From contig NMRA01000173.1 of assembly GCA_002633005.1 (NCBI GenBank), positions 389,068 to 453,067 of the forward strand: DNA of 64,000 nt, written 5' to 3'. How positions within the stretch are numbered: position 1 is the first letter of the stretch; every line of letters begins with the position of its first letter. Of the stretch, positions 1-13,424 are shown in pieces. Source of the stretch: Phoronis australis (Eukaryota > Animalia > Phoronida). The translations under genes and the position numbers were made by a program. The notes beneath the pieces were generated by a model that searched no databases, was not told the origin of the DNA, and worked only from the letters and a program-made list of their open reading frames with translations.

Positions 1-18
1 TCAGACCTTCGTTAGACT

Positions 19-632
19 TTAATCGGAACACATTAAAACGGTTCGTAAAAATGTGAATACAATATCAAGCTGAAAAGTTCCAATGTTCCGTTCAAATAAC
101 ATCGCCTATTTATCACATGCTTGCTATTGCCTTAGCTACTACGACCTTTGATAATTAAACATTGAAGTAAAAATAATTGCAGGCGGTCTGATACACGTTG
201 TACCAGACGTGCGCAGGCCGCGCATGCGGGCCCATTGCACTGATCACCTGGNAAATACGATTTTTTAAAAAAACAAACTACAAAAAAACATTTTTTTTTC
301 GATTTTTGTCACTTTCAGAGTCATGTCTAACTAGTTAAAACTCCCTTTTTACTCATTTTAGTTAGGAACCTGGAGATTTGATCAGTGTATACACCTACCT
401 TAATCGGAACACATTAAAACGGTTCGTAAAAATGTGAATACAATATCAAGCTGAAAAGTTCCAATGTTCCGTTCAAATAACATCGCCTATTTATCACATG
501 CTTGCTATTGCCTTAGCTACTACGACCTTTGATAATTAAACATTGAAGTAAAAATAATTGCAGGCGGTCTGATACACGTTGTACCAGACGTGCGCAGGCC
601 GCGCATGCGGGCCCATTGCACTGATCACCTGG
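19..632. repeat. Exact 233-bp direct duplication (19-251 = 400-632) across a single-N join
   Basis: The two copies read identical by eye. Both begin at TTAA, and the first copy ends at the N at 252. Probably an assembly/haplotype overlap. Confidence 0.85.
253..399 (-). mobile_element. Terminal fragment of a TTAA-targeting DNA transposon (Kolobok-like)
   Basis: The minus strand reads TTAA|GGTAGGTGTATACAC... (TTAA followed by a purine-purine terminus). The same 13-mer GGTAGGTGTATAC occurs at 52095-52107. Confidence 0.45.
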
Positions 633-711
633 AACCATTTTTATGCTTTATTAATATATACTTAAAACCGAGTTGAGGAGCTAGAAACCTGACTCAAAGG
701 TTTAGCAGTGT

Positions 712-788
712 GACCTAGTGGGATTCGAACCCACGACCTCGAGTAAACAAAGAAGGCACCCATGGCACCAGGCCACACCGCCTCCTCT
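712..788 (-). mobile_element. tRNA-derived SINE head (degenerate)
   Basis: The minus strand has an A-box-like GTGGCCTGGTGCC and a B-box GGTTCGAATCCC at Pol III type-2 spacing. There is no complete cloverleaf. Confidence 0.55.
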
Positions 789-1271
789 GACCTTTCATAA
801 AAGTGGTCCATGGTTTCTCTAGGGAAGCGTGAAAACCTGTCGATGAGGACTTAACCGTCAAGTCGTCAACAAGATATCATGGAGATTGCGCACCTGAGGT
901 ACAAAGATTCTACAATAATCTTGCGACCAGTTGGGTTTTCAATCTTTGTCAAGATACAAAATCATCTTCCTAAATCAACACCAAGGACAATGCATACTTT
1001 GACAGTCAGGTCCAGGATTGTTTGCTTTCCTCGTAAAGCAATATTAGTTTAGCAAATTTTTATAAATATTTGAAGATATCCAGTTTGACGTAAAATGATG
1101 AAAAGATGAGAAGTGTGTTATTAAAACCTGGCAGACGAACTGCACTCCGATAGTGCTAGTATTCAACACGACGTAGCGCTACTCTGATAATCTCGTGTCG
1201 GACTCCTTTTATCTCTGCCAGGTTACAAAAAGAATCTAACTGATCCGGCAACGCAAAGTATCAATAAATAC

Positions 1272-1643
1272 CTTTCTGGCGAGATGAAAATATAATATCA
1301 AATCCGTTGGAAGCCGCACTTGAATCCGTGACGTAATGAAATGTTATTGCAGGACCTGTTGTCACATATTTCCATGGCATCTGTTCGTCACACAGTGGTG
1401 CCACATTCAATCGAGGGGACGACAACGACTCTCCATCATGCACATTTAGATAGTCTACACATATATCACCGACCTTGACCTCGAGGTGGAATCTCAAGAA
1501 GTCTAATAAGATAGTCCTTCCACTGGGTACTTTAACCGTGAATGTGCAGTCTGTGTTATGCTTGCTGATGAGAGAGCGGGACGATTCCAAACGCCCAGTG
1601 AGAAGTGTTGTCATGGTCACGCCGCAGTTTTCGGTAAGATAAA
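1272..1643 (-). CDS. Internal exon encoding a CUB domain (extracellular protein; gene probably continues left of the window)
   Basis: Acceptor tttgcag| at 1644-1646 and donor |gtattt at 1271. The 372-nt exon is symmetric phase 1-1. The translation xYLTENCGVTM...DCTFTVKVPSGRTILLDFLRFHLE...CVDYLNVHDG...LCDEQ...TTGPAITFHYVTDSSAASNGFDIIF fits the CUB consensus (C..C-x-W/F-x-I/V, F..F.LE, C.D.L...DG, CG-like, F.TD....GF). Confidence 0.92.
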
Positions 1644-1772
1644 CTGCAAATAGACGATTCAGTTTTCATAATTAAGCTTATTATTGTAGATGTCAGTGAA
1701 ACACTGATTACAAGGAAATGACTACAGAATCACCCTCACTGTTCCCGTATGTTACTAAAGTCATGGATTTAC

Positions 1773-1854
1773 CAAGACAACATATATTACAAAAGAAAAA
1801 GGATACACGAGAAAAAATAAACAGGATGAAACGATATCTCAAAAAACCTAACAT
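1773..1854 (-). CDS. Possible signal-peptide-encoding first exon of the CUB gene
   Basis: ATG at 1854 opens the hydrophobic MLGFLRYRFILFIFSRVSFFFCNICCL. It is followed by a phase-1 donor (G|gtaaat, or an alternative phase-1 A|gtgagg at 1740) compatible with the CUB exon. It may just be T-rich intron. Confidence 0.25.
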
Positions 1855-4658
1855 GTTTTACTTGAAAGAACGTTAAGAACAAATCCAACAAAATCCAGTT
1901 TCGTGACCCGAGCCTTATAGCAAAAAAGTTTTATCTCGTATCGTCACAAACAAAAGTAAATTATTTTCACGATTCAACACATTTGCGAATTAGACGAAGA
2001 AGCCATTGTATGAAAGGTCATCGTAGGATACTGACAGGGAAAGATCATTTTTCGTTTCTCTTAGTATACAGAGGATGAAAGCCAGGTGGCTTGCCCTGTT
2101 ACTTGATATGCAGATGTGTGGTAACATATTCTTTCAGGTGATTTATGATAAAAATATAATACCTGTTATATTGTTAGAGTAGAGAATCTAAGCTGTGCAT
2201 ATGTCAGTACATAATAAAATAACATTGAAATAGGAATACATATACGAAACAGTAACCCACTTTGAAAGATTTAATCAATGACATCGCTTTTGGGAGGACA
2301 GCGTCAGCAATAGATGTACCGTTAACGTGAAACTTTAATATGAGGATAATCCTCTTTTAATAATCACGGAGACGGTAAACACGGCATTAAACACTCTGTT
2401 TACTAAGTAGACAAATCTTAGGATAACGTAACACTCCAAGGTCACGAAACAAGTGCATCAGCGAGATGCAAACATATAAATGAGCGATGCTTAATAATGT
2501 TTTGTATGCACACTATTCAGTTAAATTTTTGGCACTTAGGGAGATTTATCCTATCTATAAAATTCTATTCTTTTTATGAGAGCATCACATGAATTTGATT
2601 TCACAAGTTTTACATACCTTGTTACCTAGGGTTACAGTTTTAGGGTTGCCTTTTAACACTGACAGTCAAAATCACTGATGATCATAGAAAGGTAAAGAGG
2701 CTGATGAAAGGAACAACTGAATGTTGGTAACGTGAACGTGTAATGAATACACGTGTTGAAATTAATTAACATCAAGTCGAGTAAAGTTGTGCGAAAAAAC
2801 GGACCGCAAGAGAAAAAAGATCAACTCGAATCTAAATAAAAGCGAGGTGAAGTACCTGGAACAAATGCGGTGCCGAAATGGGCGCAAAGAAGATCTGTAG
2901 TGTATTATAGATGGATTATACCATGTCGACAATACACATTGCAGCCACAAGTTTCGTGGGATCATCTATTATCATGTCTGATCCAAACTCTCACGAATGC
3001 CGTTGTATTGCCTTATTGTCAGTTTTTAACATGTGTTCACAAAAATATAAAGCTCAGGTGTTCGTTACTTTAGAGAGATTGAATAAAAATCGATTATTTC
3101 AGAAGATAAATCTGGTGAAGTATTCTATTAAAGAAGGATTTATTAATTTGACAACCTCTAAAGTGTACTCAGGTACAAACACAAAGTTCAAGAACGTGTG
3201 ATTGTGAATATAAATTACAGTAGACCTTCATCTGTTTGCTAATTCACAAAAGCAATCAAGCCAGTGAAAGAAGGCATAACCGCTCAGATGAGTAAACGTA
3301 TTCGCCGATGTTTGAGCAAGAAATGTACACCGTTCGGGGTTTTTTAAGTGTTGCCTTTAACCCGTTAAGAAAACATGCATTGCCAACTTGCATGACTATG
3401 ATGCAATTGTATTAACTGTTTACCGTGGACTCTTCTAACACGCCCCTCTCTACGTTCTGCTTGTGTGAACATATTTCAAGATGTTTAATGAAGTACGTTC
3501 GATAATTACTCGCGTATTTGCTATTTTAACAATCCCTTGAACGGGGTGCAGTGAATTGGACTAGCCTTCAACCCAAAGACAAACATACACAGCATATTTA
3601 AGGTGAAGTTTCATCCAGTGAAATTTTTCAGAGATTCAACATACAAAATTTTAGTCTCTAATTTACATTCGATGTTTAGATTACCTTAAAATTGTCACTC
3701 AGTTGAAATGACGAAATCATAGTACTTCTGCAATCGCTCAAAGCAAGTAGACACACACAATTTACATTAGAAGAGGTGAACTTGTGCTACAGAAAAACGG
3801 ATGTTGCAAAACCGCTGATAAACAATCCAACGAAACAATCTTGTTAGTAGGACATGGGCAATTATGTGTCTTTAAAACTTTCAGTTATCTCACCTTCTCG
3901 TTATTTCTTACAAAATTTGAATGCCTTCCTACTTACAGCTCTGCTAAACAATTTTTGAGGCTTAAAATTGTATATCTGTACAATTCTTGGTGTTCAAAAC
4001 ATATCATTTTCACTCTGACTACGTGTTCACGAATATGATAAAGATAATACATGATTATTATACAACTATAATAATTCTATCACTGTCAGGTTATCTCATG
4101 ACTTTAGAGTCATATTTACCACACACCCAGTTTCCTATGGTGGTTTTACATTTCCACCCGGCAGCAATAACTTAAAAATTGACTTATTTGCTTTGCAGTG
4201 GAACCGGTTTTTGTAAACATATACACGAAACTAATACAGCTGTTCGGTATGCATATTGACAACTGATAATTGCTTCATAACTGAAAAACAGTCTGATGGC
4301 TGAGAGTTGAATGTACTGGAATTACGCACCAGAGATTCCAATACAAATAAGAATAATTAATAAATATAATAATGAATTGAAATTCATATTTCGTGATATA
4401 TACAAGGCGGCAAGAAGTTTGTGCACTTCAGTTCACAGAAATTACAAACCCCTCTCTGTGCCATTTACAGAAACATTGTCATTTTTTGGCGGAAAAGCGC
4501 ATTTTTGGGAGTTATTGTTGGATGGAGTAACCTTTAAGAACTTATTTGGTTTGGGCAGAGGACTATTTCTCGGTGGGTTCATTGTCTTTTGGATAAAAAC
4601 CAGTTTACTGATGACGTAGCATGTTTCTCCTGATGACGTAGCATGTTTCACGACATCA

Positions 4659-4972
4659 GGGCCCAGTTGCATAAAAGTTAAAGGCTGCATAGCAACAACG
4701 ACGTCGCATTAACATGCGTCACGTTGTTATTGTTGAACAATGCACCTGACGTCATGCAACAATCAAAATTATCTGCTGGATAAGTTTGAAGCTTTAAGCA
4801 CACTGCTGTAGTGGTAAAATTAGAGGTAAGTAGGCGCCCAAAGCCCACCATATCATCTTGAACACTGAACGTAACTTACGGTGCGTAGGCGCTACGTTCA
4901 AATGCCAAAAGGTGGTTGGCTGCGCCTAAGTGCTCCTACGCGCCACTACAGCACTGTTTATGCAACCCAGCC
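4659..4972. mobile_element. MITE, PIF/Harbinger-like termini
   Basis: Imperfect terminal inverted repeats GGGCCCAGTTGCATAAA / TTTATGCAACCCAGCC, plus an internal inverted pair GCTGTAGTGG / CCACTACAGC. Confidence 0.5.
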
Positions 4973-5750
4973 GTGGCCAATGCTGAAAGTCAGAAAGTTT
5001 GTACACAACTCAGACGCAATAGACATACACGCCCTTAGCCTGCATGGATTTCGAGAAAAAGGCCCCAGACCAATAAAACAACAAAATCCATTCTCCTTTT
5101 TGGGGATTTTATTACAAGTAACCGCCAATTCTCGCTGTTGTCTGCCAAACATTCAATAAATCAAGGCCCGAGATTTTACCAGTTAAAAACGTTAATAATA
5201 TTCTACTGTTTATCGAGTGGGGTACAGTTCCGCCAGCACGTTTAACTACAGGTTTGAATCCGCGCTAAGGTTGATCTCAGGAAATCACTTTTCTTGCCGA
5301 TAATTTCAGTTTAAAAGCCAACTCAATAAATTTATCAGTAACCACATACAAATTGAAATAAAAATCGTTTTTATATACATTTATTAAATCACCTTGTGGA
5401 GTTCAGATAACTCAGTCGAAAACTTTATTCAGATAATGTCACGGAAACAACTCCACGCAGATTTTTTCGATTAAAAAAGTAGAGAAAATATCAAATTAAA
5501 TTTAATCNCAGGAACACAACAAGTGTATCCGCAGTAAGTTTTCTTCGCGCTCATACCGCGTATTATGCTTGTTACTATGGCCGCTTTCAGAATCCTGACC
5601 ACAGCACCCACAATGCACCATTTTAACCTAATTTCAATATGGCGTCGCTGCAAATCCGCAGACGTAGTCGTGCTATGTCAAGGTCGCTCAGAAGTACGTT
5701 AGGGGTTTGTGGAGAAGAGAATGTGTTAGGATTGCAAAATGCCGCACAAC

Positions 5751-5756
5751 TTTATT
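5751..5756 (-). terminator. Candidate AATAAA polyadenylation signal for the SLC10 gene (would give a ~2.9-kb 3'UTR)
   Basis: The minus-strand AATAAA lies where AT-rich, UTR-like sequence downstream of the stop at 8616 gives way to more CpG-rich sequence. Other AATAAA-like sites are possible. Confidence 0.25.
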
Positions 5757-8615
5757 GAACATGTCCAGCACTCAGTTGTAAGTTTGACAATGATAAGGAT
5801 ATCTATTACACGTAAACTATGTAATAATTTTAACAATAGTATTTACTTTTCTATAATTCAGTAAGAAAATACTTTTGATTTATCTTGAATAACAGACATA
5901 TAGAACATGACCACCATTTAGTATACAGCATTCCAACTAGCACACACTACTGCAGATCCAACAATGCATACACCAAGTTAGTTTTCTAATCTCATAACAC
6001 ATCAATATTTCAATTTCAAATTCCATATTTAAACTACGTCACAGCCAGAAATTTGGAAAGTTTTCCATAAGGCAACGCTACTTTGTACAAGAACCGGCAT
6101 TGCCAACTCAGGCCATTATCGTGAATGACCGGACGGTCACCCAAGTTCCTTCAGCCCGGGTGAAGCAGAGTAATTAGGACTGAGGATTTCATATACTGTA
6201 CTGCCGTTGTTTCTCAAATGAATCATGGGACAGGTTGGTGACATCACTACATGTGAGTAATTTCATGAATAACTTTTAACTTCAGCGTACTTAGATGGCA
6301 GGTGTCTCGAGTTGTTAATTTATGATGCATTCAGAGGGTAACAATGAATCATTTATTTTTGTACAACAGATCCAGGTTACACTGAAGCCATGCATTCACT
6401 TGTAGTGTGCTCGAACGACAAGTGTTGTTCTTTGTCACCTCGTTTACACATCATCATTTTCTGTGACATAATCTGATCATTACCTGTTAACAACTGTCCT
6501 ACAACACATTTGAAAAACTGAGTAGCGAGAAAGATGAAATGGCCTGAACTACCACAAGAGCAAAGACTTTAACAACAACTCTTTGAAGCCTGGTAGATAA
6601 TGTACTCAATAAGAGGAGCCCATTCAACACTTTTTTTTTCAGCCAATCCTTCAAAGAATTAGTCAAAATGACACCTGGAATACAACCATCTATGTCCAAA
6701 GCCCTTTGAGTGTCAGGACTTCCTGAGACAATGAAGTTCTTGAATCAGAACATTTTGGAAATATATTAAGCTTCAATATATACATCAACAAATATAGTAC
6801 ACTCTTCCATTTATGTTAAAATGAAGTTAATTACATGGAGGACTTGACTAATGAAAATGTAAACTCATAAAGCCATGTTCCCGCCATACAGCCATGTTCG
6901 GGCCAAGAAACAAATTTTTGTTTAGACCATTTGCCTCTATAAAATTGGTCTTAATTTGAGAAGTGATATTTAGTTGCAAAGAATTGACAGTCATGAGTCT
7001 GTTTCTACTCTACAAGTTGAGATTATACTAGTCACAAAATGACACTTAAAGACAGGTCATGACAAGACAACTTGTCAGTAGAGCCAAGTATCAAGCAATA
7101 ACCAACTCAAGAACTGATATTACCTCCAATTTTTTGAGGATTGGAAAATGGTATAAATCAAAAGTTGGTGTTTATGACAGGAGGTGGGCTAACAGCCCCT
7201 TTATATACAAGGTAATGGATATGAATAAAACATAAGAACTGAAATTAAACGCAAAAAAATAAAATGTAAACTGACTTGAGCAAAGCAGAACTTTAAATAA
7301 GAAGAAATTTCTATTCTTAAGTGCAAGCTGTAAAGCCAACTTCAAATAAAACTCACAGACAAATTTTATGCAAATCCAACTACAAACATAACCAGTGAGT
7401 TATATCAGTCCTGTTTTGCAAGAAGCAAGCCTGAAACATCTTTAAGTGAACATAAATGGATAGTTCCAACAAAGGCAATTTGGCCATTCCCCCAGTTAGG
7501 CCACTCCCCCAGTTACCATTGCCAAGTACCACAAGTGCAAAGCAAACAAGGGAGGCCTGCCCTATACGTAGTATAACCGATTCTTTCCCCATAGGTTCTG
7601 ATGATATTTCACAGATACTACTACCTGCATTGAGCTACACAATCACATTAGGTTCTGTTGGAAAAATCGAATGTTTCATTCAGTGGTATGTCCATAGTTT
7701 CAAATCTTTGAACCCATTCAAAAATTTCTAAACAATTCACAAAATTCACATGAGCTTTACTCAAATCAAGCATGTTTCAAACAATTAAGTATAGGCACTG
7801 TGGCTGCTACTCAATGTTGGATTGTACTTTAAGTTTGATGGTGTGAGATTTTAAAATGGCGTTAAATTTTGTTGGTGACCACTTGTGGTCTGGTGAATGA
7901 AAATAAGAATACACAAGTATTGTCAGCAACACAATGTGTCCCCAAGTCACATGGACTATCACTCATATATCTATTATATATATACATATACATATATATA
8001 TATATTACATACATTGTCAGCTAGATCATATGTCCTTAAGTCCTGTCGCCCACATATGTATTACATATATTTGATTGTTAGCCTACTTCACACCAAACAC
8101 CAGGAAAGAAAATACTTCAGACACTAGGAGTATATCTCCAGCTGATCTCGAGGTTCATCACAACTTTTATGTCTTGCAGGCTTATTTCTTTATTAATTCT
8201 CCATAAGCCAACCATGTGCACTGTAAGTACCTCAACTACTATCTTTCTGCTTTTTAGCAATGAATGTAAATGCATCAAGATGGAGGACAGTCGTACTGCT
8301 TACAGTTTCCCACGCCCTAATTGGATCAAATTTAATGTTTTGAGACCAAGTCAGGATTACCCAGCTTATGACTGAATAACTCAACACAAAGTCCAACAGT
8401 AGATGATACATGCCTGTCACAATGTCCAACAGTAGATGATACATGCCTGTCACATTCTGAAGTACAAGATGATGCTCAATATTGATATTTCTAGGAAGAC
8501 AACAATGTATGAGACATTTTTTGATGCACACCACTAAAGAGGGTAATAACTAAATCAAACAAAACTATCTAACAAACAATCAACTTGATGCAAGTGAGCT
8601 GAACACATTTAGAAA

Positions 8616-9337
8616 TCAAACAGAAGTAACACAATGATTACTTGACTTTAAAACGCCATTGTTATCTTTCTCCGTCTCATCAACAGCATTGTGGGTTACA
8701 ACTCCATTCCCACACTCCTCGCTCATTCCATCGCCATTTCCCACATGTACATCATCAAAAGGTATTTGTTTTTCTCTTAACAGTTTCTTCACCTTGTATC
8801 GCTTGTAAAACACGTGGATTGCAATGGCGATTAGCAATGGTATCGGTGTAAAGCATGACGCAGCCACCGGCGGTGCTATAGCAATATCGGCATCTGGCTG
8901 CGGTAGAGACACCTTCAGGAGTAAAATTGGAATGCCAGAGTTTTGTATACCCGTTTCGATGGCTATAGTTTTGACACGTGTGAAGTCTTGGCGGCATATT
9001 AGAGCTATTAGTCCACCAAACAAAAAGCCACACCAAGGTAGAAGACATCCAGCCACAAGATTAAGAGGGTGGTTATGGAATATTGTGAATATGTAGAGAT
9101 TGGCCCACACACCGAATGTAAATACAACAAGAAGTAGTATTAAAAACGTGGGCTTCATGCAACGGGTCAGTTTGGCTGCCCATGTGGGTTTCTTGTACTT
9201 GATGAGAAGACCGATGGCTACGGCAACAATGATGGACGCCAGGGAGTACATGGCGTTCTGGTAAGGAATGTTGAGCGTGAAAGTATCATCGACGAAAGCA
9301 TGCTTGCCTAAAGTGAACAGCCATAGGGGTACCATAC
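8616..9337 (-). CDS. SLC10-family sodium/bile-acid cotransporter-like protein, last coding exon
   Basis: Acceptor tttcag| at 9338-9340, phase 1, ending at TGA (8616). It encodes GMVPLWLFTLG...KTIAIETGIQNSGIPILLLKVSLPQPDADIA...; the ETGxQN Na+-site motif and several TM helices are diagnostic of SLC10. Confidence 0.95.
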
Positions 9338-9478
9338 CTGAAATAAATGCATAGTTTGAATACAAGTCACAACTGTGGTTTGTGCTGAGCCGATTGAAAT
9401 GTTTGTTCTAGAAGTAAAACCTTAAAAATATCAGAAACATGGCCTCTGACATGAACAAGGTTGGATTTCATTGTTCTA

Positions 9479-10358
9479 ATAGCAGAGTCACTAAATGACA
9501 TGTTATATAGATAGATAGCAGAGTCACTAGGCCTACACGACATGTTATATAGGTATATAGCAGAGTCACTAGGCCTACATGACATGTTATATAGATAGAT
9601 AGCAGTCACTAGGCCTACATGACATGTTATTTAGATAGATAGCAGAGTCACTAGGCCTACATGACATGATATATAGATAGATAGCAGAGTAACTAGGCCT
9701 ACACGACATGTTATATAGACAGATAGCAGAGACACTAGGCCTACACGACATGTTATATAGATAGATAGCAGTCACTAGGCCTACATGAAGTGTTATACAG
9801 ATATATAGCAGAGTAACTAGGCCTACATGACATGTTATATAGATAGATAGCAGAGTCACTAGGCCTACATGACATGTTTTATAGACAGATAGCAGAGTCA
9901 CTAGGCCTACACAACATGTTATATAGATAGATAGCAGAGTCACTCGGCCTACATGACACGTTATATAGATAGATAGATAGCAGAGTCACTAGGCCTACAT
10001 GACATGTTATATAGACAGATATCAGAGTCACTAGGCCTACATGACATGTTATATAGACAGATAGCAGAGTCACTAGGCCTACATGACATGTTATATAGAT
10101 AGATAGCAGAGTCACTAGGCCTACATGGCATGTTTTATAGACAGATAGCAGAGTGACTGGGCCTACATGACATGTTATATAGACAGATAGCAGAGACACT
10201 AGGCCTACATGACATGTTATATAGATAGGTAGCAGAGTCACTAGGCCTACACGACATGTTATATAGATAGATAGCAGAGTCACTAGGCCTACATGACATG
10301 TTATATAGATAGATAGATAGCAGAGACACTAGGCCTACATGACATGTTATTTAGATAG
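9479..10358. repeat. Minisatellite, ~42-bp unit AGCAGAGTCACTAGGCCTACATGACATGTTATATAGATAGAT, ~21 copies
   Basis: Directly visible tandem array in the last SLC10 intron. It explains the repetitive ORFs 9367-10329. Confidence 0.95.
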
Positions 10359-11285
10359 ATGAAAAAAGCGGAAAGTCACGGATAGGTCACATGTCCTAAT
10401 TATCCTGAAGTCATATGCTCCAAGGCAAATGTAACAAGCCAGTGAATTGAAAGTTACAATGTCAGCCATAAGTTGTGGTACAGTACTGTTATGTTTCAAA
10501 CAAGCCACTCTAGTTAGTCTTCGCACATTGTTTATACCAGAAAATTGCTCAACAAACAAAATTGACAACTGCTAGAAGTTAAAAATTTTAAATGCATTCA
10601 CAGACTAATATTGAACTCTGGTGTTCCTTTTCAGTGTACAGGCAAAAAGGTTTGTTAGGTATTTGAATGGCTTGACAGAAGATAACTATCAACAGTTATG
10701 CTCTAATTTATTCAACACTGCCACAACTGTCATATTCCAAAGGCTGACTACATTGCAACTAAGATTGCTACACAAGCTCAAGTCATAGGCAACAACTTCA
10801 CAGCACAAAAATGAAGAGTATTTTTTCACGTTTTCTGTACTAGTGAAATCTCACAATATGAAATCTCACATTTCTGCCATATCATCTTCTTAATAGCAAG
10901 TTCAAGACACTTTACAATGACGCTATAAACAAGGGCAGAAGGATACGGAAACTTCAAATTTCTTCATTAGAAAAACAGCATTGTCCCTAAATGAGTTCAT
11001 GAAATCGTCAACCAAGAGCATTGTCATTAGTTCAAATGACAAAGTCAGCTAGTTTACAATTTTATAAGGTTAATCATTCCTTTTTATTTCAAAAATATAA
11101 TGAACATGACGAGACCGGAAATGTCAGTTTTTGTCCACCAAACTGTTCACCTAACTGTCCACCAAACTGTTCACCTAACAACATACAAGATGTGTACCAA
11201 CTATATACCATCAGCTACAGCTGCCGTGATGCCACCTGCTGGGACATACAAATCTATTTACAGCTATAGCTTAAAATGCCATACA

Positions 11286-11880
11286 CAGGGCGGCTCAAAA
11301 AATTTTAAAATATGAATATCAGGATATGATGGTTTTACTAGAAACTTGTGGCGTTATTGTTATTACAGCAATCTTAAAATGTGTTTTGCAGTGTGTCGAA
11401 GTATATTAAGAAAAACTGCCACAGCAAAGAATAATATTTTTTGAGTTTTGACACCAAACACAAACGGTGGTTCAGCTCTAGCGTAGATCTCACTCCACTG
11501 AGGTTATTACCCAGCATCCCCACTTTAGGAATCAATATGGCCAACAAGAGAAATTTTATTTTCGCGTACACAGCACCAAATTTATGCCTTACAGTTCAGT
11601 ACCATAAGCTACCATCAAACAATGTTTAGAAAAAACTATCAGCATTTGTAACCGGAAGCCCTTGAGAAAGGAGCGTAGGGCAGTTTTAGTGATTATATTT
11701 TAGAGATTATTTTAGTGATTATTGTAGTCTGAAATTGGTGAGATTTTACTATTCAGTCATTTTCGCTGTCTGAATTGCAAAAGAAACTTTGGGATTCTTA
11801 GAATATGAAAAACACCAGTAATTCCAAAGAATACCATTTTCTGGTATTTATTTAGTTTGCCAACATTTTGGGGCACCCTG
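11286..11880. mobile_element. Non-autonomous Tc1/mariner-like element
   Basis: Left end CAGGGCGGCTCAAAA; the right end reverse-complements to CAGGGTGCCCCAAAA and is followed by TA. Confidence 0.4.
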
Positions 11881-12545
11881 TATTATCCAATACTGTTTGA
11901 CAACAGCTAACGACACTATTTCTAAAAGAACCTGTGAATGATTACAAATATGTTAACAAATATTAAGAAAGAAAAAAATTTCAGTTTAAACAAGCGATAG
12001 GATTGAGTTGTTTGGCATGACAACCCCAATAAGTCTAAAAACCTGGGGACAAATCTGAGACATACTGATATGTCAAACTTTTTTATTAGAATAGAATAAG
12101 ATTCAAAGCAGGACTTCTCAAGTTGTTAGATGTAATGTTACTAATTTTGCAAAAACTACAACTTTGACCCGGACTTCTGTCAAACTTTCACCTCATTTTA
12201 GTTCATTTTCACTTGGCTTGTTTCATGATTTAGAAATTATTATTAATTTACATATATCACTGCTTTAACCTAAATAACAACATAAACAGTACGCTATTTG
12301 TAAATATTCCATCATCCAATAAGAAAACATGCTCAGTGCACAAAAATGCATGTGCATATCTATGTCAGGTCTGATCAAACCATTCGATGTGTCAAATGCA
12401 TAAACTTGAATGATCGTACCACAGAAATTTAACAGAGTTGAAATAAGACCCGAGATTCGTGCGTCAGATTTATGCAAGTTTTGCTCTATGATTCGTTCAT
12501 AGATCACAGTGTGCTCATGCACATCTTTTCATAGCATAGTCTCAC

Positions 12546-12717
12546 CAAGCGACAGAATAGTGCTGATTAGAGTCATCGTCACACTGAGGTCTACGTCTCC
12601 ATCTAACAGAACAGTGTACATGTTACTAGCGCCACCTCCAGGAGCACAGCCCATGGCAAACAGACCCAGTCCAAGGGCACCATCCAATTGCAGGGCCTTC
12701 GCCACCCCAAAACCAAT
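12546..12717 (-). CDS. SLC10-family transporter, middle coding exon
   Basis: Acceptor ttccag| and donor G|gtgag; 172 nt, phase 0 to 1. It encodes IGFGVAKALQLDGALGLGLFAMGCAPGGGASNMYTVLLDGDVDLSVTMTLISTILSL, which contains the SLC10 signature GC.PGG..SN....L.GD..LSV.MT..ST. It is not present in the ORF track in this frame. Confidence 0.96.
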
Positions 12718-12821
12718 CTGGAAAAAAGAACAGCATGATTTAGTGCCTTGAAAATAATTCGGTAAGAAACTAACTTAAATATGACAGAATGAATGTTCAT
12801 AACTGGTACTGTTACATCGCA

Positions 12822-13223
12822 TAGGGGACAGTAGTTAAATATCAGTGACCTGTTGTGTTTGCGGACCTAGCTTTCGAGCCCATCCAGAGCCCTTCGTCGG
12901 GGGTAATGTCGAGAGTCTTCGTGTCACATGGTCATCAGTGGGTGGTCCTTGGTGGTTGTCTAACCCCACCTGGTGGCTGTTACTTACGAGGAGATGCTGG
13001 TAATTCATACCCATTGTCTGTTTATTGTTCATGATTTCAAATGTTTCTCTGCTTTTACGATTCCAATATTTATTTTATCTAGATACTATTTTGACTGTAG
13101 GTTTACAAAATAATGTTGTGCACTGTCATTACCCTGCCGAAGGGTACAGGACAGGCTTGAAAGCAAGGTCCGCAAACAGAAACAGGCCGCCGATAGGGTC
13201 GATAGCTAACTACTCTTCCCCTA
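12822..13223. mobile_element. Non-autonomous DNA transposon with ~90-bp TIRs (TAG...CTA termini, Academ- or hAT-like)
   Basis: Left TAGGGGACAGTAGTT...GTTTGCGGACCTAGCTTTCGAGCC...CCCTTCGTCGGGGGTAATG is mirrored by CATTACCCTGCCGAAGGG...GGCTTGAAAGCAAGGTCCGCAAAC...AACTACTCTTCCCCTA. The flanks are gca/gct. Confidence 0.7.
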
Positions 13224-13424
13224 GCTTAAATCTGTCATTCAAGAATTAAAAGGAAGACAAAGGTTAGTTAGATTATTTGAATGTGATCAACAAGAGAGTA
13301 AACAGTGCAACTATATGGTAATTACCAATCTTCGTGAAGTCCTTCACATTTCAACAAATATCTTTTTAATTATCTCTTAAAAAAGAATATATTTTCTGAC
13401 TAAAAAATCAGAAATACCACAAAA

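Noticed and set aside
712-788. Functional tRNA gene
   Set aside because: A- and B-box-like motifs are present, but no convincing acceptor or anticodon stems; treated as a SINE head.
2676-2695. CTGATGA...GAAA hammerhead-like boxes
   Set aside because: No credible stem II or stem III, and no closing stem I.
9367-10329. Repetitive ORFs (MSCRPSDSAIYLY..., TLLSIYITCHVGLV...)
   Set aside because: Translations of the 42-bp minisatellite inside an intron; not genes.
9479-10358. CRISPR-like appearance of the regular ~40-bp arrays (also 15929, 17143, 36454, 56761)
   Set aside because: The units are head-to-tail with no unique spacers, there are no cas genes, and the context is eukaryotic.
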